Origin: Thermodesulfobacteriota bacterium
GTDB lineage: Bacteria; Desulfobacterota; GWC2-55-46; JADFVP01
Length of the DNA: 46,657 bases
Assembly (NCBI GenBank): GCA_046753945.1
Contig: JBHHUW010000002.1
Coordinates: 1-46,657, forward strand
Direction: 5' to 3'
The number at the start of each line of letters is the position of its first letter. Position 1 is the stretch's first letter. Position numbers and translations under genes: made by a program. Positions 36,542-43,380 of this stretch are shown here, one piece after another. The notes under the pieces are model-generated. The model worked only from the letters and a program-made list of their open reading frames with translations, ran no database searches and had not been told where the DNA came from.

Positions 36542-37312
36542 ATGGATATTCTTACTATTGCCGGCATATTACTGGGGCTATCGGCCCTGATAGGCGGCCA
36601 GATACTTGACGGCGGCTCTCTTGAATCCGTGCTTCAGCCCACGGCGGCCCTCATAGTCTTTGGCGGCACCATAGGGGCCGTATTTATATCCAGCCCTCTT
36701 GGCACATTTGTACAGGCCATTAAAGACCTTAGAAAGGCTTTTTTCACGGGGGCCATGAGACCCGCCTCGGTGATTACGTATATAGACGGCCTTGCAGTCT
36801 ATTCCAAGACCAATGGTCTGCTGGCCCTGGAGCAGGAGCTTGACGAGGTTGAGTATCCATTTTTAAAAAAAGGCCTTCAGCTTGTTATAGACGGCATGGA
36901 GCCCGAGCGAATCAGGGAGATACTTGAGATAGAGCTTGAGTACTCCGAGGAATATTCCGAGGCCTCGGCCACTGTATTTGAGAGCGCCGGAGGATACGCT
37001 CCCACCATAGGTATCCTCGGGGCTGTATTGGGTCTTATTCATGTCATGGAAAACCTGGCAGAGCCAGATATGCTTGGCGCAGGCATAGCCGTGGCCTTTG
37101 TGGCCACGGTCTACGGCGTGGGCTCGGCCAACCTCTTCTGGTTGCCCATAGCGGAGAAGTTAAAGAAGAGGGTGCGTGAGGAATCCATTGTAAAGGAGCT
37201 GATTATAGAGGGTCTCATTGGATTATCAACAGGTGAAAATCCAAGAAGCCTCAAGGAAAAGCTCCAGGGTTTTCTTAAGAGCCCCGAAAAACTCTTTTCA
37301 GATATGGGTTAA
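36542..37312 (+). CDS. motA: Flagellar stator protein MotA
   Basis: Four TM segments. Contains GGYAPTIGILGAVLGLIHVM and AVAFVATVYGVGSANLFWLPIAEKL. Confidence 0.93.
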   Translation: MDILTIAGILLGLSALIGGQILDGGSLESVLQPTAALIVFGGTIGAVFISSPLGTFVQAIKDLRKAFFTGAMRPASVITYIDGLAVYSKTNGLLALEQELDEVEYPFLKKGLQLVIDGMEPERIREILEIELEYSEEYSEASATVFESAGGYAPTIGILGAVLGLIHVMENLAEPDMLGAGIAVAFVATVYGVGSANLFWLPIAEKLKKRVREESIVKELIIEGLIGLSTGENPRSLKEKLQGFLKSPEKLFSDMG

Positions 37313-37314
37313 TT

Positions 37315-38013
37315 ATGCGCTCCCGCAGAAAGAGAAAGAGACATTCAGGCGGTAATCACGAGAGGTGGCTTGTATCCTATGCGGATTTCATAACCCTTCT
37401 CTTTGCTTTTTTTACGAGCATGTACGCCATATCCTCCCTTAATGAGGCCAAGTTCCAGAGGTTCAGCGGCGCCCTCTCTTCGGCATTTAAGCAGTCTGTC
37501 TTTGACCCTGCCAGGCCTTTTCCCCTGGCCGCAGGTGATGCCTCCTCCTTAAGCCTTGATTTCCAGAGAAGATTTTCTGGCAAGTACCGCGGATTGGTGG
37601 AATCAGTAAAGGGACTCTCCAGGGACGGCAAGCTCAAGGTTCTTATGGCAGAAAAGGGTATTATTATCAGGGTCCCCGGTGGTACGCTCTTCAAGTCCGG
37701 CAGCGCCGATCTTAGCGCCGGCGCTGATGAAGTGCTCTCGGAGCTTGCCTTGACCTTAAAAGGCCTTCAGGGCGATATAAAGATAGAGGGGCATACGGAT
37801 AACGTGCCTACGAGGAATAAGACCTACTCCTCTAACTGGGACCTCTCAAGCGCCAGGGCACTTACTGTGCTCAAATTTTTCGTAGACCGTTATGCCTTTG
37901 ATCCCATCAGGATATCGGCTACGGGCTATGGCGAGTACAGGCCTCTTGTTCCAAACGCCACCTCTGTTGGGAGAGGCCGGAACAGGCGTGTTGATATAGT
38001 CCTGGCGCGCTGA
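37315..38013 (+). CDS. motB: Flagellar stator protein MotB (OmpA-like C-terminus)
   Basis: Plug/TM region WLVSYADFITLLFAFF carries the conserved Asp. C-terminal OmpA-like region is GHTDNVP...NWDLSSARALTV...GRGRNRRVDIVL. Confidence 0.93.
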   Translation: MRSRRKRKRHSGGNHERWLVSYADFITLLFAFFTSMYAISSLNEAKFQRFSGALSSAFKQSVFDPARPFPLAAGDASSLSLDFQRRFSGKYRGLVESVKGLSRDGKLKVLMAEKGIIIRVPGGTLFKSGSADLSAGADEVLSELALTLKGLQGDIKIEGHTDNVPTRNKTYSSNWDLSSARALTVLKFFVDRYAFDPIRISATGYGEYRPLVPNATSVGRGRNRRVDIVLAR

Positions 38014-38165
38014 GGCGGCAAGTGGGCAGGCGGGCAAGTGGGCAGGCGGGCAAGAGGGGGAGGTGTATAGGTGGTTTTGGGGACTGGGATTGGCAGGGTC
38101 TGCAATCTCCGGGCAGGTGGTCAAGTGTGCAGGTGGCAGGGGGCAGGGGTAAGAGGGCTGGGGTT
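38014..38165 (+). repeat. G-rich spacer beginning with a 16-nt tandem repeat (GGCGGGCAAGTGGGCA, about 2.7 copies)
   Basis: Copies at 38014-38028, 38029-38044 and 38045-38060 (partial). G3-N5-G3-N5-G3-N5-G3-N5-G5 lies at 38024-38060. G is roughly half of all bases across the segment. Confidence 0.85.
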
Positions 38166-38220
38166 TACTCTTTTCTCTGCCTTAAGACCTGCATAGCATT
38201 GCGGCCTCTACCGCCTCTCA

Positions 38221-39078
38221 TTATGAGCACTCCTGTAATCTCAGCTCTTCCACGCGTTCTTTTACCTCTTCGAGTATTTCCAGTATCTTGTTTTCCATAC
38301 CAATTGATTGAAGGACCCAGGCGTGGTTCTGTGATACCTCGCAGTCGCTGTCAAGGCCTCTGCCCGTGTCCGAGACAATAAAATCCGCCAGATACACTAC
38401 ATGGGGCAGGTACTCAAGGGCCGGGTCTTCCTTGTCCACGGGGCATTCCGAGGGGTTGTGGTGGAATGTTATAGACCTTACACAGCCCTCGGGCAGGTTT
38501 ATCCTCTCGGCGAGCCATCCGCCCACCTCTGGGTGTGAGGCCCCAAAAACCTTTTCCTCACGCTGCAGAAGCCCCTCACGTGTATCACCTGATACCTTGA
38601 GGTACTCCTCTCCAAAAATCTGGAACATGACTACCCTGCCGATGTCGTGGAGGAGCCCCGTGATAAAGGCCGAGTCGCTGTCCACGGCCATACTCTCCTT
38701 GGCTATGAGCCCAGAGGCTACTCCCACTATGAAGGAGTGGGACCAGAGCATGTTGACGGCCCGCATATTTCCGGCAGAGAGCCCTGAAAAGATGGATGTG
38801 GATACGGCAAGTGTCTTTACCATGTTGAATCCCAGTACGAGTATGGCCTGGCTCACGCTGCTTATCTTTCTTGGAAACCAGAAGTACGCCCCGTTGGCCA
38901 TGCTGAGAACCTTGGTTACAATTACGGGGTCGTGTTCAATAATGGTCTTCAGGTCGTTTACCGAGGCATTCTCGTCCTCGGCTACTGCCATGACCTTTTT
39001 GAAGACATCGGGCGTGGTGGAGCCCTGCATTATGGTATCTACCTTTTTCTTTAGTTCCGCCTTTTTCTCTTTGCTCAT
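38221..39078 (-). CDS. HDOD-domain signalling protein
   Basis: Contains ASVNDLKTIIEHDPVIVTKVLSMANGAYF, VSQAILVLGFNMVKTLAVS and GLLHDIGRVVMFQIF, which is typical of HDOD domains. Confidence 0.85.
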   Translation of the reverse strand: MSKEKKAELKKKVDTIMQGSTTPDVFKKVMAVAEDENASVNDLKTIIEHDPVIVTKVLSMANGAYFWFPRKISSVSQAILVLGFNMVKTLAVSTSIFSGLSAGNMRAVNMLWSHSFIVGVASGLIAKESMAVDSDSAFITGLLHDIGRVVMFQIFGEEYLKVSGDTREGLLQREEKVFGASHPEVGGWLAERINLPEGCVRSITFHHNPSECPVDKEDPALEYLPHVVYLADFIVSDTGRGLDSDCEVSQNHAWVLQSIGMENKILEILEEVKERVEELRLQECS

Positions 39079-39288
39079 GAGTTACCGCCTTTTTCTCTTT
39101 AGGGGTAGATTAATGTCTCAATATAATCTTAAGACTGATGCCGTGTAGAGGGCCCCGCTGCCGGCCCTGGTGCCTGGGCGCACTCTCACTTATTGACTGA
39201 GTAGATTAGCTTTAAGCCGCCTCAGTACTTATTATATATAACGGTAAAAGGGCTCTTAAAGTTAAGTCCTGTTCTGAGTATAATGCAC

Positions 39289-42200
39289 TTATCTTATGGT
39301 GGATAAAAAGGCCTCTACCACCTCGGGGTCGAACTGTGTGCCCGAGCACCTTCTGAGCTCGGCTACCACCTCGTCTATGGACCTGCCTTTTCTGTAGGGA
39401 CGGTCCGCGCTCATGGCGTCTATGGTATCGGCAACAGAGAGTATGCGCGCAAAGGGATGAATATCCTTGCCGCTGATGCCCGCATCAGGATACCCTCTGC
39501 CGTCGTACCAGACGTGGTGGTACTCTATGCCGGGTATGATGTCCTTGAGCTGTTTTAGAGGTGAGAGTATCTCGGCGCCCTTTACAGGGTGTTTTTTTAT
39601 CTGTTCATACTCGGTATCAGAGAGCTTTCCAGCCTTATCCAGTATGGCCTCATAGGTAGCTATCTTTCCTATGTCATGGAGCAGCCCTGCCAGCTCAAGG
39701 TCCCTTAATTTATCTTTTTTGAACTTCATTCTTCTGCCAATGCGTATGGCTATCTCCGTTACCCTCTCGGAGTGGCCGCGGGTCCAGGGGCTCTTGGCGT
39801 CTATGGTCTTGGAGAGGGTCCGCACGGTGCCGAGGAAGAGCCCCTCAAGATCGCTTATGAGGCGCGTGTTCTCAAGAGCTACGCCTATGTGTGATGTGAA
39901 TTTCTCAAGCGTTGAGAGATCCTCGGAGCCAAAGGCCGAGAGACGGCGCGAGCAGACGTTCAGCAGACCCTTAATCTCGTACTTTACAGTAATGGGTATT
40001 ATGATGATGGAGTGAAGATCCTGAGTTATAAAGTTTTTTTCAATACTTGCAGGTTCTTTGATCTCCGCGAGATCTCCTCTCGAGAATGGCATGGCGTCCT
40101 TCATAACTTCACTGAAGACAGTGCCGGAGGGATCAAAGGAAAAGCCTTTTTTTGCCAGCGTAAGGCCGTGGCCCGCAGTGTATACAAGGCGGCTCTCTCT
40201 TACGGTCCATACATCGGCCCCATCGCACTGAACGAGGCGGGATATCATCTGCGCCGAGGTCTCCAGTATCTCGTCGGTGTTTGAGGCCGAGAGTATGGAA
40301 CGGTCTATCTCGCCCAGCATCCTGATGGTTATTATCTTTCTCGATAGATCCATTGTCTTGTTTATTGAGTCCTTGTAGAGACGGGTCTCGTCTATGGCCA
40401 CGGAGGCGTGGCTTGCAACCCCGCTCATTAGGCTGAGTTCCCTCCGGCCTATCTCGCGTGGCGCCCCGTTGGTACTATTGTAAGCCGCTACGATGAGCCC
40501 CAGGTAGGCATCCCTGTAGGTTATGGGTATTACGGCTATGGTGGCGTTACCATCAAGGCATCTGACAAACCTGTTGTCACCGAAGACGTTGTTCATATCC
40601 ACCTGGTCGGCGGCGGAGAGGACACATATCTCCCCTGTCTCAAGGGCCTTTATGATTGCGTGGCTCCTGCCGTCAACAGGTTCGCTATTGAAGATAGGCG
40701 CGTGCATTTTCTCAATACCCGCGCCGTGACAGGGGATAAAGGACCGGGTCTCATCATCGCCCAGGTATGCGGCAACCATATCGGCCGAGAGTATATCCAT
40801 GACGCAAGAGACTATCTCCTTTAGAAGGAGGTCAAGGTTGGTGGTCTTGGCCGTTGCCTCGGCTATTCTGAGAAGCCGGCTGTTAAGGGAGACCTCCTGC
40901 TCAATGCGCATGAGGTTCTTTTTCTCCTCGCTGATATCCTCCATGAGGTGGAGCGAGTATGTGAATTTACCCTCTCTGTCCCGAAGCGGTATATATCTGA
41001 TTCTGTAGAAAGTATCCCTGCCAAGGCTTATCTCCTGCTCTTCAATTCTGCAAAAACTCTCTTTTTCTCTGGCGCATATGGAGAAAGGTCCTTCCATAAC
41101 GGGATAGACCTCATAGTAGGGCCTCTCTACTATTTCATTGAATGGCATGGCCGCCAGCCTCTGATAGGCCATGTTGCATTTAACAACCCTGAAGCTGCTG
41201 TCATGGATAAAGATGGGGTCAGGTATGCTGTCAAAGGTATCTTCCCACTCCTTCTTGCTGCTCTTTACGGTCTCAAGGAGGTCCATAACGGACTTTTTTG
41301 AGGATTCAAGTTCTCTGACGGAGTTTTCAAGGCTGGCTGTACGCTCTTTTACCTCGAGTTCAAGTTGAACGGTATATTCCTCACGGACCTTTTCCAGGGC
41401 GACCCGCTCAGTAACGTCGCGGAGAAAGCATAGCTCCAGCTCGCCTTCGTCTATATTCACGCGCGAGGCCGTTATGACCACGGGAACCTTTACCCCGTCT
41501 TTTCTTATTATGAAGGAGTTCTCACACTCACCGCGGCTTCCTGGAGTGGCCAGTGTGAGCACACCGGCGCAGCCGGCCTTCTCGCATAGGGGGTGCACAG
41601 TATCAATGGATAACCCGGCAAGCTCTTCAGCTCCGTATCCCGTGAGCAGAGCCGCCGCGCCGTTGGCCTCCACTATCCTCCTGCCCCGTGGGTCCAGAAG
41701 AAAAACGGCGTCAGGAGCCGTCTGGATAAGACTTCTGTAGCGTTTTGCCGAGCGTTCCAGTCTGCTGCGGGTCTCGTCCACAGTGACCTTCATGGCGTTA
41801 AAGGCTAATATGAGGCCCTCAAGGTCGTAGCCGGGTTTAACCTTCATTGCGTTGATCTCGCGGCCCGAGGTCATATCATCTACCATGCCTCTTATGGCCT
41901 TCATAGAGGCAGTGAGACGTCTGGAGAGAAGGCAGCTCATATAGAGGCCCATGGATAAGAGGAATATGGCCGCCGCGGTCATTACCTTCCACGAGCCGCT
42001 CCAGGCCCTTTTCAGCGACTCCGAGTTGGCGGTAAGCTCCTGCAACTCAATATCGCGCCACCCCATGAGGGAGCTCAACAGGGAGGGCCCCCATTTTCCC
42101 TCTATCTCCGCGGCCATCTCTGCGGCCCTCTTATCCTGCCCCGGGTCCTTTATGGAAAAAATCTTCTCGGAGATATCCTTTACCGCGGTCCAGGCCGTAG

Positions 42201-42558
42201 AGATGTCTCCTAAAAACTTCTCTTCTGCGCGGACCATCTCCGCGTCAGGCTCTCTGCCCGGGGAGTAATGGGCCCGTGACATACTTATGATAAGGCCTTC
42301 AACCAGAGGGGAAATCCCCTTGAACTCCTCATGGTAACGCGCATATCCAGTTCGGGAGTAATGCCCAGCTGATTTAAGAAAGACCTCGGTGAGGGCGCTT
42401 AGCTCTGTGACTGCCCCTACCTCCTCACGTATGGTCTCTGTCCTCTCAATGCTCCTGTAGAGAAGGTTCTGGTTGTAGACGGCCACCACGGCGGCCACGG
42501 CGAGGAAGAAGAGAACAATGGAAAAAAAGGCCAGAAAAATTCTTCTGCGTATCTTCAA
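39289..42558 (-). CDS. Multi-sensor HD-GYP protein (TM sensor - HAMP - 2x PAS - 2x GAF - HD-GYP), presumptive c-di-GMP phosphodiesterase
   Basis: N-terminal TM (IFLAFFSIVLFFLAVAAVVAV) and a second TM (AAAIFLLSMGLYMSCLL). PAS-like blocks are present (SLIQTAPDAVFLLDPRGRRIVEANGAA; DSIPDPIFIHDSSFRVVKCN). C-terminal region is GHSERV...LAGLLHDIGKI...HHVWYDGRGYPD...ILSVADTIDAMSADRPYR. Confidence 0.88.
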   Translation of the reverse strand: MKIRRRIFLAFFSIVLFFLAVAAVVAVYNQNLLYRSIERTETIREEVGAVTELSALTEVFLKSAGHYSRTGYARYHEEFKGISPLVEGLIISMSRAHYSPGREPDAEMVRAEEKFLGDISTAWTAVKDISEKIFSIKDPGQDKRAAEMAAEIEGKWGPSLLSSLMGWRDIELQELTANSESLKRAWSGSWKVMTAAAIFLLSMGLYMSCLLSRRLTASMKAIRGMVDDMTSGREINAMKVKPGYDLEGLILAFNAMKVTVDETRSRLERSAKRYRSLIQTAPDAVFLLDPRGRRIVEANGAAALLTGYGAEELAGLSIDTVHPLCEKAGCAGVLTLATPGSRGECENSFIIRKDGVKVPVVITASRVNIDEGELELCFLRDVTERVALEKVREEYTVQLELEVKERTASLENSVRELESSKKSVMDLLETVKSSKKEWEDTFDSIPDPIFIHDSSFRVVKCNMAYQRLAAMPFNEIVERPYYEVYPVMEGPFSICAREKESFCRIEEQEISLGRDTFYRIRYIPLRDREGKFTYSLHLMEDISEEKKNLMRIEQEVSLNSRLLRIAEATAKTTNLDLLLKEIVSCVMDILSADMVAAYLGDDETRSFIPCHGAGIEKMHAPIFNSEPVDGRSHAIIKALETGEICVLSAADQVDMNNVFGDNRFVRCLDGNATIAVIPITYRDAYLGLIVAAYNSTNGAPREIGRRELSLMSGVASHASVAIDETRLYKDSINKTMDLSRKIITIRMLGEIDRSILSASNTDEILETSAQMISRLVQCDGADVWTVRESRLVYTAGHGLTLAKKGFSFDPSGTVFSEVMKDAMPFSRGDLAEIKEPASIEKNFITQDLHSIIIIPITVKYEIKGLLNVCSRRLSAFGSEDLSTLEKFTSHIGVALENTRLISDLEGLFLGTVRTLSKTIDAKSPWTRGHSERVTEIAIRIGRRMKFKKDKLRDLELAGLLHDIGKIATYEAILDKAGKLSDTEYEQIKKHPVKGAEILSPLKQLKDIIPGIEYHHVWYDGRGYPDAGISGKDIHPFARILSVADTIDAMSADRPYRKGRSIDEVVAELRRCSGTQFDPEVVEAFLSTIR

Positions 42559-42654
42559 TAAAGGAGTCCTTCGTTATATATATGCGGCGCTGTAGAGGGG
42601 CGCCTCTGCCTGTATTCTCTATGGATGTTTCTCCCTGATGGCTAACGTCCTATT

Positions 42655-42682
42655 GTTTCGACGCAAAAACAGCAAAACTTTA
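42655..42682 (-). promoter_or_regulatory. Sigma-28-like promoter for the HD-GYP gene (TAAAGTTT-N12-GTCGAAAC on the - strand)
   Basis: The reverse complement of 42655-42682 reads TAAAGTTTTGCTGTTTTTGCGTCGAAAC. It has the same -35 octamer and the same 12-nt spacer as the divergent cheW promoter candidate. Confidence 0.5.
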
Positions 42683-42732
42683 ATCTCAGAGGCCGCAATG
42701 AAAAGAGGGGCATCTGTTCTTACTCTCTGGAT

Positions 42733-42760
42733 TAAAGTTTAAAGGCGCCTCTGCCGAATA
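42733..42760 (+). promoter_or_regulatory. Sigma-28-like promoter for cheW-mcp (TAAAGTTT-N12-GCCGAATA)
   Basis: TAAAGTTT at 42733-42740 and GCCGAATA at 42753-42760. The enterobacterial consensus is TAAAGTTT-N11-GCCGATAA. Lies about 70 nt upstream of the cheW ATG. Confidence 0.6.
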
Positions 42761-42828
42761 GGATAAAACCACGCGTACTGCGCGGATGCTGTTCCTATGT
42801 TTTGAGTAAAGTAATAAGGAGGAGGGTT

Positions 42829-43323
42829 ATGGCAGTTAAGGTAGAAGGCGATACCAGTGATGTTCTGCAGCTTGTTACTTTCAGGCTTGGAAACGAGGAG
42901 TTTTCAGTAGACATACTGAAGGTGCAGGAGATTATACGTGATATGGACCTGACCAGGGTTCCAAGGGCCCCGGACTTTGTGGAAGGTGTCATAAACCTGC
43001 GTGGAAAGGTCATACCCGTAATTGATCTCAGAAAGAGGTTTGGGTTCGAGGCAGGAGAAAAGACCTCTGAGACGCGCATAATCGTCATTGACGTCAACGA
43101 CAGGACCGTGGGTCTCCGTGTTGACGGCGTCTCTGAGGTTCTGAGGCTTCCCGCCGATACTGTGGAGCCGGCGCCGTCCCTGGTCTCAGGGTCGGGCTCC
43201 GATTATATAAGCGGTGTTGGAAAGGTTGACGAGAGGCTTATCATACTCCTTGATGTGGGAAAACTCCTCACAGAGAGCGAGCGTGACGCCCTTGGAGATG
43301 CACTTAACGGAGCAGCCGCGTAA
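42829..43323 (+). CDS. cheW: Chemotaxis coupling protein CheW
   Basis: Contains LQLVTFRLGNEEFSVDILKVQEIIR...VEGVINLRGKVIPVIDLRKRFG. ATG at 42829 lies after AAGGAGGAGGG. Confidence 0.93.
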   Translation: MAVKVEGDTSDVLQLVTFRLGNEEFSVDILKVQEIIRDMDLTRVPRAPDFVEGVINLRGKVIPVIDLRKRFGFEAGEKTSETRIIVIDVNDRTVGLRVDGVSEVLRLPADTVEPAPSLVSGSGSDYISGVGKVDERLIILLDVGKLLTESERDALGDALNGAAA

Positions 43324-43380
43324 TCTGCTCCGCTTCATGGGGCGTTATTTTAAAACCTATATTGTCCAGGGAGGGTAACA

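Noticed and set aside
39079-39288. I looked for a sigma-28 or sigma-54 promoter for the HDOD gene on the - strand (TAAAGCTA...GTCAATAA; AGGCACCAGGGCCGGCAGC).
   Set aside because: The sigma-28-like halves are only 9 nt apart, against 11-12 expected. The sigma-54-like string has 13-nt spacing and no TTGC. Neither is credible, so the HDOD promoter remains unidentified.
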